64,000 nucleotides of DNA from Albugo candida (taxonomy: Eukaryota). Under the pieces are notes generated by a model, which ran no database searches, was not told the origin of the DNA, and saw only the letters and a list, made by a program, of their open reading frames with translations. Below are positions 35,797-47,570 of this stretch, piece by piece. The stretch's first letter is position 1. Every line of letters starts with the position of its first letter. Made by a program: the position numbers and the translations under genes. Where the stretch lies: positions 310,001 to 374,000 of the forward strand of contig JBDOQK010000036.1 in NCBI GenBank assembly GCA_040437565.1, given 5' to 3'.

Positions 35797-37354
35797 TCAA
35801 GCCTTGATCCTTTGCAAGCTTGTAGCGCCTCGAGCAGTGATGGTGCACGGCTCCACCTTGAGAGCAAGGTCACGGGCTTCTTGAGATGGTTCACTAGCAG
35901 GAATGACCAGCAACGAGCTTTGACACGCTGCAGCAATTGGGGCAAATGAATGGCCTTTGTCTAAATCTTCCAACAGAATTTTATCATCGATCGATACATT
36001 CATCCTAATGGATAGAAGATGAGGCTAAGCATCTTTCTTGTGAAAGATAATTCGTACGTTTTGATTATATGTTGAGCCTGTTTGAAGGCTTCTCCTTGTG
36101 TAAGAACCTCACTTTTCTGTGGGAGTCCCTTTNNNNNNNNNNNNNNNNNNNNNNNNNNNNNNNNNNNNNNNNNNNNNNNNNNNNNNNNNNNNNNNNNNNN
36201 NNNNNNNNNNNNNNNNNNNNNNNNNNNNNNNNCCACCTTGAGAGCAAGGTCACGGGCTTCTTGAGATGGTTCACTAGCAGGAATGACCAGCAACGAGCTT
36301 TGACACGCTGCAGCAATTGGGGCAAATGAATGGCCTTTGTCTAAATCTTCCAACAGAATTTTATCATCGATCGATACATTCATCCTAATGGATAGAAGAT
36401 GAGGCTAAGCATCTTTCTTGTGAAAGATAATTCGTACGTTTTGATTATATGTTGAGCCTGTTTGAAGGCTTCTCCTTGTGTAAGAACCTCACTTTTCTGT
36501 GGGAGTCCCTTTTCGGATTCTAAATAATCAAAAGTCAGACAGACAATAGAGAATAAACATGACATATCGTACTCGTGTAGCTGATAAGATAGGGTGTTTG
36601 CTCGTTCACTTTCCGTTTCGCAAAGTCCATAATATGAGGCTCAGGTGAGTTCACAAAAATCCCGTGAAATGGGATGATCCCTTCTTCTTCCTCCGCACCA
36701 GTACTTATGACACTATGCAAATGACGAAAGCGTTTTGGACGGAATATCTCCTGACGTTGTACATCTACATCGGCAGAGTATGTAGTTAGCATCAGAAATC
36801 TCCATACTCTCGACATGCACATGTTTGGAGCTCGGGAAAAATTGCTTCAACAATCTTAGTCTGGTTGCGTCCGGCGATAAATGGCTCAAAAATTAGTGTT
36901 CGAGCTTTTGAATCATGCAGAACGTGCTCAAGTTCCTCCGGTGAAGATATGAGAGGATCGATGACGGCTAATGTGACACCAATTTTAGCTGCGGCAAATT
37001 GAATCACCAGCTACATAGAATAAAAAATCACTTTTCACACCGAAATATCAGCAAATTACATACGTTTTCAGCGGAATTGGAGAGCCAAATGGCAATAACG
37101 TCATTTGCTTCGAGTTGGAAATCTTTGAAGCCGTGTGCCAACTCGTCCACAAATTTATTTAGCTCCTTGTAACTCCATCGAATGTCCTGTTTGATAGAGC
37201 GTAATGCCTCTTTGTGTGGGATCTTCTGCACTGAATTCTCCAAACAATCTCCGATAAGACTTGAGAAGGATTGAATTCGACTGTGAGCACGCGGTGAGCG
37301 AGCAGAAGCGGCCGAAAAAGTTTGTCGCGCTGCTCCTCGAACAAAGGCCAGCAT
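35797..37354 (-). CDS. Short mitochondrion-targeted AMP-binding (acyl-CoA synthetase-like) domain protein, multi-exon
   Basis: R/S/A-rich N-terminus; PHKEALR..WSYKELNKFVDELAHG..DVIAIWLSNSAE..QFAAAKIG..IDP..ELEHVLHDSKARTL matches the ANL N-terminal domain. The gene ends early. Confidence 0.75.
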
Positions 37355-37413
37355 TTGCAACAGCGTTTATTAGTGTACTACACATTAAGATATAGTACTA
37401 AAGTAGCGTGCGT

Positions 37414-37857
37414 ATGGTTATGATCATCCCGATTCAAGTGCATGGCCAAGTGGAAACTTGGTCTTTAATAGAGCTACAGGGAGAACTGATCGCGGAAGCT
37501 GGGATTGATGGAGTAGAAATTGGGAAGGTAGAATTTTTAGATGGAAAACCAGTGTTACAGATCGGATACCACGTTCTAACGGGAGAGATTAAAACACTAT
37601 CAAAGCCATTTGCAGTTTTGCAGAAAAAAACAATTCAAAAAGATGGTTTTCTTATCATTACCGCGTGTTCATGCTTCCTACTGACGCTTTATTACTTTGC
37701 AGATTCAAACGGTAGCATCGACAGCAGCGTATCGGTAGCATATGAAGTAGTAGGAATTGCAAGAACCCATTTGCTATTCAAAGAACGGCCAAAGCCAGTA
37801 ATTAAATCGCACGACCATCAAGTCGCTCGCATGGATGCAATCAGCACATCAAACTAG
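37414..37857 (+). CDS. CTF8: Chromosome transmission fidelity protein 8 (Ctf18-RFC subunit)
   Basis: WSLIELQGEL..IG..PVLQIGYHVLTG..LSKPFAVL..YEVVG..LLFKERPKP; probable in-frame intron at ~37645-37701. Confidence 0.85.
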   Translation: MVMIIPIQVHGQVETWSLIELQGELIAEAGIDGVEIGKVEFLDGKPVLQIGYHVLTGEIKTLSKPFAVLQKKTIQKDGFLIITACSCFLLTLYYFADSNGSIDSSVSVAYEVVGIARTHLLFKERPKPVIKSHDHQVARMDAISTSN

Positions 37858-37922
37858 GACAATTGTGCCCCAAAGTAAAGTGAACGAAGGTAAAAGCGCT
37901 GAGGCCCAGTACTTTGATAATT

Positions 37923-39624
37923 ATGCGAGTTTCTATCGCCTTATGTCGCCAAACGCTCGTTTCTCCAGCTATGAGATCTGCGCGACCCAATATCCGCCGC
38001 TTCTCTAATGTCAAGACTAGTGAGGTACCACTTGATACTACACTTATAGAAATCAATTAATAAATGAAGTGTCAATATAGTGGACAAAACTTCTAAATGA
38101 AAAGCTTCATGTTACCGACCCGATTCTCGACGATATCATTGAGAAAGAGAAAAAACGCCAGCGTGATTCCCTCAGTCTTGTTGCTTCCGAGGTACCATAT
38201 CTAGTCCAAATTGTTACAATTGAGCTGAAACGCTGCAAAAAGTAGAATTTCACATCGGTATCAGTACTCAATGCGCTAGGAACTGTGCTATCGAACAAAT
38301 ACTCTGAAGGGTATCCTGGCCATCGGTGCGCTACTTTTCTATGTAACATGTAGCTATCTATCTCTTATTAGATGCTGATTGTAGATATTATGGCGGGAAC
38401 AAATACATTGATGAAATTGAACGGCTTTGTCAGACGCGCGCTTTAGAAGCTTTTCATTTGGATAATGAGAAATGGGGCGTCAATGTCCAATCTCTGTCCG
38501 GATCACCTGCTAATTTTCAAGTTTACACTGCGTTACTGAAGCCACATGATCGAATCATGTCACTTGACTTGCCTCATGGTGGACATCTCTCACATGGGTA
38601 CCAAACGGATCAGAAGAAGATATCTGCCGTGTCCATCTATTTCGAATCTATGCCGTATCGATTGAATCTGGACACAGGAATAATCGACTATGACAAATTA
38701 GAGGAAAGCGCATTGCTTTTTCGTCCAAAACTCATTGTTGCTGGCACAAGTGCGTATTCCAGAAATATTGATTACAAACGCATGCGTGAGATTTGCGATC
38801 GATGTAATGCGATCTTGCTAGCTGATATGGCACACATTAGTGGTTTGGTGGCTGCTCAAGTGATTCCTTCTCCCTTCGAATTCGCTGATGTAGTCACGAC
38901 CACAACGCATAAATCACTTCGGGGACCACGCGGGGCAATGATTTTTTATAAAACTGGAGTAAAGCAAGTGAACAAGAAAACAAATGAGCCAATTTTGTAC
39001 GATTTACAAGAGAAAATCGACTTTTCTGTCTTTCCAGGTTTACAAGGTGGTCCTCATAATCACACCATCGCGGCACTTGCTACGGCTTTAAAGCAAGCCC
39101 AAATGCCGGAATTCGTGGCATATCAGCAACAAGTCATCAAGAACGCGAAAGCCGTGGTTGAGGAGCTGATGTCTCTCGGATATCGGATAATATCTGATGG
39201 TACTGATAATCATCTGGCACTCGTCGATGTAAAATCGTCAAGAGGTATCGATGGCGCTCGCGTCGAGTACGTGTTGGAATGTGTCAATGTGGTTTTGAAC
39301 AAAAACACGGTCCCCAACGACACATCCGCCTTTGTACCGAGCGGAATTCGTATCGGTACACCAGCGCTTACAACACGTGGCTTCACAGAAACTGATTTTG
39401 TCCAAGTTGCTCATTTTATCGATGAAGGCGTTCAGCTGACTATAGAACTTGATGCAAAAGCCCGTGAAAATGGTTTAAAGAAGCTCAAAGACTTTAAGAC
39501 ATTCGTGCAGGAAGACGCACAAGCAATTCAAGCAACCACAAAATTGCGAGAGAAAGTGGTACACTTTGCCAACACTTTTCCAACAATCGGATTTTCCGAA
39601 TCTGACATGAAGTACAACAAGTAG
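37923..39624 (+). CDS. SHMT: Serine hydroxymethyltransferase, probably mitochondrial, multi-exon
   Basis: Transit-like first exon [10 protein letters not shown]..; [38 protein letters not shown] lysine motif [24 protein letters not shown]. Confidence 0.96.
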
Positions 39625-41099
39625 TGGCAAGCGTGTATCCTTTAAACGTCATCAGCGCTTCAATAAGAGTGCCTGCACTTTAAAGTGATCATTTTTATCG
39701 AAGTTTTGTTAAAACTAACGACTCGTCCGTCTGAACAGCGTTTTGTTACATAAGCGGACGCGCCTCAAACTCTATCGCCACGTTTTTACATACTGATTCA
39801 ATACGCGGCCATTTAAATCTCAATCGTCCGAAACGACGTAGTCCTATATTGCCGCAGGATTACGAATTGGCAACTAAAAGGTGATGGGAATATGCACCGT
39901 ACCTAATAGCACCATTCCGATTGATCTTGTTCGTCAGATACGCGTTATATGATATGGAACGCAGGGATTGTACGTTATGAAGCAAAGATGGAGTCGATGA
40001 ATGCCAACATTTATCTCGTTGATGTACGATAACTGTGCTTCATAGCGCCTACCAAAGTATGATACGTCGAATCACATTTAGATCTATCGGAATCCAATTT
40101 TGAAGCGCCAACAACTGTAGGAAATGATGCCCAAAATAAAGACGAGCCACCACATATGACAGGGATCGGTACAAGAAATTAAATGTTAGATTTCTGAAAG
40201 GGTATGATCATGCATAGTGTAAACGAGATGTGTTGTTAGCAGTCAATATCATGGATTTATCATGTGGGTGCAAATTCTAGTCCAAGCAAAACTTTGGTTC
40301 TGTGTGGCTGTACTGACGTGATTTCGGCTACTTATTTTGTCATAAGCAGCTCCGGCAGTGGGACTCGGTCCCGTTTGATTATGTAATACAAAAGTGATTT
40401 TTTAGTAATGCGTTTGAACGGTTGCTACCTACGCTTTCTTTCAGTACAGCGCACCCTTAAGGAATGATACACATGCTATGTGTCTGCACTCAATGTGAAA
40501 AATTCAACTTTCGTCGAAGAAGGTCTCTATGCTGACATGGTCTTTAAAGTAAAATATCCGCTACTTTGACCAATTTAAGTCGGGTGATCCCTGTCAAACG
40601 CATGTCGGATGCAAATCCCTTGAATCTACGTTCTAGGTAGATAAAAGAGCGCAGGATATGGGTAGCTTAAAACCCAATAGTCGCAATATGCAAGAATGTC
40701 GGTATCACCATGCCGGGTACTCCACCAAGATTCTACTGATATCAGCGTTCACTGTGCGAGATGCGCACTCGTTAATGATACTGAAGACTTTTCATGATCG
40801 TGGTATCACGTCACATTTCGCTAAAAAAGAGATGATATGTGTGAGTTCTTTCATGCGATGCCACGTCTTCTGAACCAAAATTATCTAATTCGACCTTGAT
40901 CCAAATTGCTCTCAAAAATTCAATCTCTATAAATACAAACCCTTTGCGCTAATCGCAGGATTTATTGCTTTGTAAGGCATGTAGCTATTCATGTCATGCA
41001 TGGATCATCCAAGATACTTACTATTCGCATAGTACGTATTATTGATTATTGTCAAGTTCTTTTTTTATTTATAGGACGTAATCAGTGTATTTGACATCG

Positions 41100-41172
41100 G
41101 TCAGTGTCGTCTAGTGGTTAGGACACAAGCTTCACACGCTTGAGATCGAGGGTTCGATCCCCTCCACTGATA
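41100..41172 (+). tRNA. trnV-CAC: tRNA-Val (anticodon CAC)
   Basis: Acceptor stem GTCAGTG/CACTGAT; D loop AGTGGTT; anticodon arm CAAGC-TTCACAC-GCTTG; T arm GAGGG-TTCGATC-CCCTC; TTTT immediately downstream. Confidence 0.93.
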
Positions 41173-41546
41173 TTTTCATCAGAATCATCTCTGGATGAGG
41201 GCGCAACGTCTTTGGTTTTGGCCAAACGATTTGCATCCCAACCCGTCCGAGAATTATTATTGCCGCATCAGTCAACTTACGGTGGTCCCTCGTAGTATAC
41301 ATATTGCTCGGTTGTGAAGTTTGAAGGCTGATACTTTTCATCGCTTGAATGGAAATTGAGCAAAAAATTTCAAACGTTCACGCACTTGTAGTGGGCTTAC
41401 TTGCACACACTATTGGCAGATGACTCTGCCTGTACTTTGAAATTATTTGTGTAGGCTTCAGAGTGAAAGGAAAGAACGAGAAACTGCTGACTTCGTTTAA
41501 TTAACAGATTTACTTAGATTGTAAGCAGACAAACGTAAATGCCCAT

Positions 41547-42743
41547 TCATAAGGCCGTGTTGTTAGCCGTTCTGTTGTTATGACGATCAAAGATACTGAA
41601 TTTGGCCAACAAGTCAGAAGAAAGCACTGTGTTTGATAGCAACTCACGGATAGAACCATTTTGCGGTTTGGGACGGGAAGAAACCTCGTTGGATGCGGTA
41701 GGGCTGTTGCTTTCCGAGTCACAAGAAGAATACGTACGAGATGTCACGCACAGTGTGGGCTCGGAGCCATCTACACTGAGGTATCGGTATCGTTGTGGCC
41801 GCTCGGTGATAGGTACAGCATCTTTTTCCGCATTCATCATTGAAAGCGCGGTTGACAGCTCTCCATTCTGTGAAACCAAAGGAGCTTTCCACCGAGTTTC
41901 TTTGCTAACTTCATTTGCAAAGTATGTCGCACTTTGTGATCGTGAATAAACTGGGAGCCAATGTGGCGCGAGGATATAATCTGTCTCCGTTATCGTATCC
42001 CAAGGACAACCATCAATCAGAAAGTCATACATTTTCGTCTCGTCCAGGATTATCGCTCTCAACCACAAACTGTGATAATTTGGCGGCTGGATATATTCAA
42101 ATTCCCAGACTTCACTTATGATCTCTTCATACTTGGTCCTTTTCAATACTCGCATATCCAAACAGACCAGTAATTCACCGAGGCTCTCGTTATCAAATAT
42201 CTCGAGGCGATGAATGCTATTGAGTTGGCCATACGTGAACGTCCACGCTGTGACCTGACCTTCCCCGCCTTCACATGGTTTCATAATACGAGACTCAAAA
42301 AACATACGACGAACGTAACGATCCTTTGCCCAGACACACGGTGCCAGTGACTGCTTTAGCATTTCTCTTTCGGGAAGCTCCTCCCAGATTTTGCCATTCA
42401 CACATAACTGGTAGCTCGAGTTGATCGCTTGTTCATTCGGAAACAAACCTCGCACAGCCCGAATCAAGACTGTAATTGATGTGTCTTTGTGCTGTGCATC
42501 GACGGGATTTAATTGGTGCATCCAATTTCCCGAAGAATACGCTTCACAATCGTATACACGTTTTCCGTCAACCCATATCTGCTTTCTGCCACTGAACCTA
42601 GAATGTGCCAAGACAACTGTACGGACTCGCATCGAGCCCGCGAAAACAAAGTGCCATGACACTCGTTTCCTAGTAAAAGCAAATCGTTCTCCAACATTCT
42701 CTACTTCTTTTCCGATGCGTTGTACGTGATCTTGCAACGTCAT
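41547..42743 (-). CDS. Protein with two FAIM1-like beta repeats and a WW domain
   Basis: VSWHF..VVLAHSRFSGRKQIWVDGK..YQLCVNG and TAWTF..HRLEI..YDFLIDG; WW motif LAPHWLPVYSRSQSATYFANEVSKETRWKAP. Confidence 0.7.
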   Translation of the reverse strand: MTLQDHVQRIGKEVENVGERFAFTRKRVSWHFVFAGSMRVRTVVLAHSRFSGRKQIWVDGKRVYDCEAYSSGNWMHQLNPVDAQHKDTSITVLIRAVRGLFPNEQAINSSYQLCVNGKIWEELPEREMLKQSLAPCVWAKDRYVRRMFFESRIMKPCEGGEGQVTAWTFTYGQLNSIHRLEIFDNESLGELLVCLDMRVLKRTKYEEIISEVWEFEYIQPPNYHSLWLRAIILDETKMYDFLIDGCPWDTITETDYILAPHWLPVYSRSQSATYFANEVSKETRWKAPLVSQNGELSTALSMMNAEKDAVPITERPQRYRYLSVDGSEPTLCVTSRTYSSCDSESNSPTASNEVSSRPKPQNGSIRELLSNTVLSSDLLAKFSIFDRHNNRTANNTAL

Positions 42744-43296
42744 TATAGGCGGGAAAAGGAATCTCAATTATGCTGGAATGGCCCGGAAGCGAAGTTTGAG
42801 CTCGCAAAAAAGCATCTGGGATGCATGAGCCGCACCTTTACCCACGTGATAATAAAGGCGAAAGAAGCTCGCTCTATTCACTTGTTTTTAGTATACCATA
42901 ATGTAGAGATGTCAAACGTGAAGATTGCAGCTGCGCTGGTATCTTATGCATCTTCTGCTTGCCTATCAACCTTACTTTACACACAGGCAAATCTGTAGTA
43001 CATCCGGTATCGGAAAAGCTTCTCCGTGAGCGTATATATAGTTTGGATACATCTGATTAAAAATGTGGCCGGATTGCCTTTGTATTTTCTGTGAGGCCAC
43101 ATGGTCGAAATTCTAATACATATATCCATGCAGTTGATCGCCTGATACGGTCGATACTCCTTTTATTTCTGAGCTTGTTACATTTGCGCTTGACCGCTGT
43201 GGCCATGAGACGGTGTCTTTTCATCACATTAGTGATAAGTATCCGTTTCAGATTGACTTCCTCTATCGTAGCTCGATTGAGTGACTGCTTCTTACA

Positions 43297-45086
43297 ATGG
43301 CGGCTGATTGGTACCTCATAGTAATCATCATCGTAATGGTGGTGGCATTGTTGTTCTGCAATCTGTACATTCTTGTATACTTCCAGCACGCCGACGATAA
43401 AAACACTGCATACTTTCCTAAACTTCTTGTTGTACGTTATCTTATGCCACGACGCTTGCGTCCTCTCTCATGCGTACCTGCTAGGTCTTTGGATTACTAC
43501 TGGGTGAAGCAACTATTTTGCTTCTACCACTTGATGTAGCCAACAATACCACTGCACTTGGATGCCAGGAAGGATGGAATAAAGAATGCGGCAACTTGGA
43601 TATGGAGCTTTTGTGGTTGATTGTATTTCTATCAATCATCTTCATTATAGTCGTACTACTTCCGTTCTCGATTTACTACTACGAGTCCGATGATGGTGAT
43701 GATTCAATCACTGGATCTCGTCGATTCCTAGAGGCGTTTAAGATGGAATGCCTGACACTGCTGTTTACCATCGCGTTGCTCGTTATCCTCTATGTCACAT
43801 CCTCAAAGTCAAAGATACCCATGAAAGCCACTCAAGTTTTTTCAGAGTCAATCAAGTCTGGATTCCATTCGTACATCGGTAAGATTGTTCTCTTATGGTA
43901 GCATGCAGTAAGACTGACACCTCGTTAGATGGTTCAACGCTGACAAACGCGGAGACGGCAAATGCCACATCAATCACCAAAGTATTGCACGTAACAGTCA
44001 ACGTATCTTTCCCACTTTATACGATTGGACTTGCGAGCTTTCTTGGATGGTTTGGGTTTTCAATATTCACGGGAATTGGACTCGTAGCTTTACCGATGGA
44101 TCTAATTCTGGCATTTGTCAATCGTCCAAAGTATATCTCGGCGGACGTGTATGCACACCAAAAGCTTGCAATCCAACGTCGCTCGTTAGAGTTAATCGAC
44201 ATAGGAAAGCAGATCAAAACCGGAATGGAACGCCCCGGACAACACAACAAATCGAGCAAAGAGCGACGAAAACAGAGAAGAGTAGATTTCATCACAGTCA
44301 ACAAATTCAAACAAGCTGTTTATCTACTGGAGACTGATATGGAAGACTTACAACTATGCCACGAAGGATATAAGAATTTCAATCCGCTGATACCCTTGTT
44401 TAAGCTGTTTTTAGGCTGTATCTGTAGCATCGTAAGTCTCATTTGGATCTGTCATATCGCGCTGTATATGCTTCCAGCAACACCACTACTTCCCTTTCTC
44501 AACGATTATTTTATATGGTTTGACTCCTGGTTCCCGCTCTTCGGCACAATTTCCATCGGAATATTTAGTTTGTTTCTTCTGGCGTGTTCCGTGAAGGGAT
44601 GCTTCAAGTTTGGAATGAGATGCTTTTGCTTTGCGGTTTGACAATCTACCCAACTGCGAGTGATAATTCCCTAACATCGTATGTGTAGCTGCATCCGATG
44701 GAGCTTCATGGGACATACATGAATTCTCTGCTATTCAACCTTGCACTGATTTTAATGTGCTCGATACCGGCGGTCCAATTCTGCGACCAGGCTTTCAAGG
44801 AATACGGTCGGTTGACCGCAATCCGGACCATATTCGGAGTCCAAATTCAAAATCTGAGAGGAATGAACGTATTCTGGATTTACAATATCTTCATATATGC
44901 CATCCTTTGCATCTGTTTGCTTTCGGGAATATTTCTGGTGAGTTTCAGTTTTCATTCTCATAGATTATCGCGTGCTGAGATTTGACACTTTTTCAGGGCA
45001 TAAAACCAAAAGATAAAGCATCCGCGCTGGATAATATTCGTAAAAAGATTGAGCAGCAAGTTCGTGAGGATGCCAATATTGTATAA
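43297..45086 (+). CDS. LMBR1-like membrane protein, multi-exon
   Basis: YILVYFQHADDKN..FPKL; LLPLDVAN; PFSIYYYE; GIGLVALPMDLI; HPMELHGTYMNSLLFN; about 9 hydrophobic segments; stop TAA at 45084-45086. Confidence 0.88.
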
Positions 45087-45107
45087 AGTAGGTTCCGATT
45101 TGACTAT

Positions 45108-46655
45108 TCAACGCTTCAATAAACGTCCGCTGTCATTTATCAAAAGAAATCGTGAGGCCTTGAGCGCCATCGATGTATCCAAGTCTACAGATGCAACTGC
45201 AGGTTGCTGAGCTCGGAATTGTTGTAGCTGAGTAACGGGAGCAAGCAGAGAAGAATCTTTAGAACCTTTCCCTGCAGCTGGGTGCACCGTTTTCGAGTCG
45301 CCGTTCACACGTTGGCCACGTTTGCCTTCTGCGCTTTTCATTCTGTTCGTTATTTTCGGTCCATTTATATTTTCATGTTTCTTGCATGCATCTCTTTTTT
45401 CTGGATTGTCGACAAAAAGCATGTTTTGTTCATTGAATTGTTTCACAAGTCTTTCGAACCATCTGTATACTTTGACGCATGGAGATGAAATTAGTAGCAT
45501 ACTTTGCTCATTAAAAGAAGAAATCTGAAATATGGCCCGTATGAATTGTTCCTGCGTAGAGTTCAGCATGGAGCCATGTAGTTTTTGAACAAAAGATGCA
45601 TCACGGTAGATCTGATGAAGTACTTCGAGGCAGCGTATCCATTTCAAGTCGTCTGGTACATTGAGATCGAGCAACTCAAAAGAAACGCTCATTTCATTCG
45701 TCAAATGTGTTTTGGTGAAGGAGTCGAATGATATCGATCGATCCGTCACGCAGACAAGGCACATGAGCAACAAGTGAAACTCTTTCGTGTACTGCCGTGT
45801 GCTTTGGAGTTCTACCCACTCGGCCAAAGTGATCCCGATCCATTCTGTATGTATATTAGAATTCGTCAGTCCCTCTGTGCTATGACAAGAACTGATGTTT
45901 GGGTGTGCAGATGCATTTCTTTTGGGTGGTACAGACCTTGCATATTTGGATGCAATATTGTTCACGCGTACTGTCGTCTCAGGTGGTCTACCAATGTTGT
46001 GTGTGAGTTCTTGTGGTACATTGTCTTCATTCTCAATGCGAGGAGTTTCGATTATTTCCAATTTTGCCGTATCCGCGGTATTTAGTTGCGCTACCAGGAA
46101 TTCTTCAAGCGTACGCTTGGCGCATTCTAGTCCTTGTCTGTAAATCTCGAAGCCTGACATTAAACGACAGCTCAGCGACGCATCATGCTGGCCAAGAATC
46201 AAGATCAAGTTCTCTATATTCCAGCGTTGTAAAAGATGAAGCAGACGATCACCCATTCCACTCAATCCCCGAGGATCTTCGCTTACAACCTCCCAAATAT
46301 CCTTTTCGTGCTCTTCACTCGATTCTCCGATAGTCGTCGCCCTTGCCTTATCAGTTGAGAGCATCAATTCGTCGCATTTCATGTTGATACCATGATAGCC
46401 GGCTATATTGGCTGATCTCTCCTTTCGAGTACCCGATGTGCGAATTCTTGCAGCGATATGAATCTGGTGAAACCGTCGAAAGCGGCAATGCAGCGCAGTC
46501 ATTCTCTGCACCCTATCGAAATCTGCTTTCGCGCTTGTGGGAACGAGAAAAGTTTGAATGAGGTGTTTTTTTTCGATACAAGTAGGACCAAAAGTAAGCA
46601 AGAGATCATCGTAATGAGTTTCGAATAGATTTTGTCTATCGTTTTTTGGAGCCAT
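45108..46655 (-). CDS. Uncharacterised ~515-aa protein with degenerate IMPACT/YigZ (UPF0029)-like N-terminal domain
   Basis: Long single ORF. FGPTCIEKKHLIQTFLVP and SEDPRGLSGMGDRLLHLLQRWNIENLILIL..IYRQGLECAKRTL resemble UPF0029 motifs. Confidence 0.65.
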   Translation of the reverse strand: MAPKNDRQNLFETHYDDLLLTFGPTCIEKKHLIQTFLVPTSAKADFDRVQRMTALHCRFRRFHQIHIAARIRTSGTRKERSANIAGYHGINMKCDELMLSTDKARATTIGESSEEHEKDIWEVVSEDPRGLSGMGDRLLHLLQRWNIENLILILGQHDASLSCRLMSGFEIYRQGLECAKRTLEEFLVAQLNTADTAKLEIIETPRIENEDNVPQELTHNIGRPPETTVRVNNIASKYARSVPPKRNASAHPNISSCHSTEGLTNSNIHTEWIGITLAEWVELQSTRQYTKEFHLLLMCLVCVTDRSISFDSFTKTHLTNEMSVSFELLDLNVPDDLKWIRCLEVLHQIYRDASFVQKLHGSMLNSTQEQFIRAIFQISSFNEQSMLLISSPCVKVYRWFERLVKQFNEQNMLFVDNPEKRDACKKHENINGPKITNRMKSAEGKRGQRVNGDSKTVHPAAGKGSKDSSLLAPVTQLQQFRAQQPAVASVDLDTSMALKASRFLLINDSGRLLKR

Positions 46656-46705
46656 GATGCATGCCAACAGGGAAGAAATATTACAATTCTGTGCTGTCGG
46701 TCAAA

Positions 46706-47422
46706 ATGGCTCCCACGTCGAGAAATAAAAAGATTAAGTCGAAAACGAATGGAGCCATCGTACAGAAACATAAATGCCCCTCTTCGTCTCAAGTTACATA
46801 TGCGAACAGTGTTACGAACGTTATGGAAGCTTTCACAGCATTTAAAACGTTGCACGTCAAGAAGAAACCAAGGCAAGAACACATCGTATTTGATTTACAG
46901 GATTATCATGCAGAGGACCTCAGCTCCAACTTGAGAGATACTATATTTAATTTATACGAAGACAACATGAAAGAATTGTATGTAAAGTATGCGGACGGCG
47001 GCTACGATGCGGGGCAGAAGTATGACGAATTATTTGAAGTATCGGCTCGTTATCTTCTGGTTTGGACGCGATCGGAAGAAAATGCGTGTGCTAGAGATAC
47101 TGAGATAGCTACTGCAAACTTGTGTGCCTTTGTTCATTTCCGTTTCGTTGAAGAAGATGGCGCATCGATCATGTACTTGTACGAGCTTCAAGTTTGCAAA
47201 AGTGCCCAACGAATGGGCTTGGGAAAACACCTGATGCAAGTTTTGATGCTCATTGGCAACTCTCTCAAAATGGACATGCTAGTTTTGACTGTATTCAAGG
47301 AAAACTATGCAGCAATGGATTTCTACAAGAAGCTGAACTTTGAAATTGATGAAACCTCCCCAAGCTTTTGTGGAGATGATTCGCAGTCATATGAGATACT
47401 GAGTAGGTCATTACAGCGATAA
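46706..47422 (+). CDS. NAA40: N-alpha-acetyltransferase 40 (NatD, GNAT)
   Basis: NMKELY, ARYL, FVHFRF, YLYELQV..QRMGLGKHLM, LTVFKEN..AMDFY, IDETSP, YEILS. An alternative in-frame ATG is at 46661. Confidence 0.9.
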   Translation: MAPTSRNKKIKSKTNGAIVQKHKCPSSSQVTYANSVTNVMEAFTAFKTLHVKKKPRQEHIVFDLQDYHAEDLSSNLRDTIFNLYEDNMKELYVKYADGGYDAGQKYDELFEVSARYLLVWTRSEENACARDTEIATANLCAFVHFRFVEEDGASIMYLYELQVCKSAQRMGLGKHLMQVLMLIGNSLKMDMLVLTVFKENYAAMDFYKKLNFEIDETSPSFCGDDSQSYEILSRSLQR

Positions 47423-47570
47423 AAACAATCTTTATTGCCGATAGCATCTGTACACTCGCGAAATATGGTACCTGTGGAATGTCAACATCTATACATTTAC
47501 AGAGTAGCTATTTGACGGCCGACTTTTGCGCTTTCCTTCGAATGTCAATAAACGGATGATTCATAATGGA

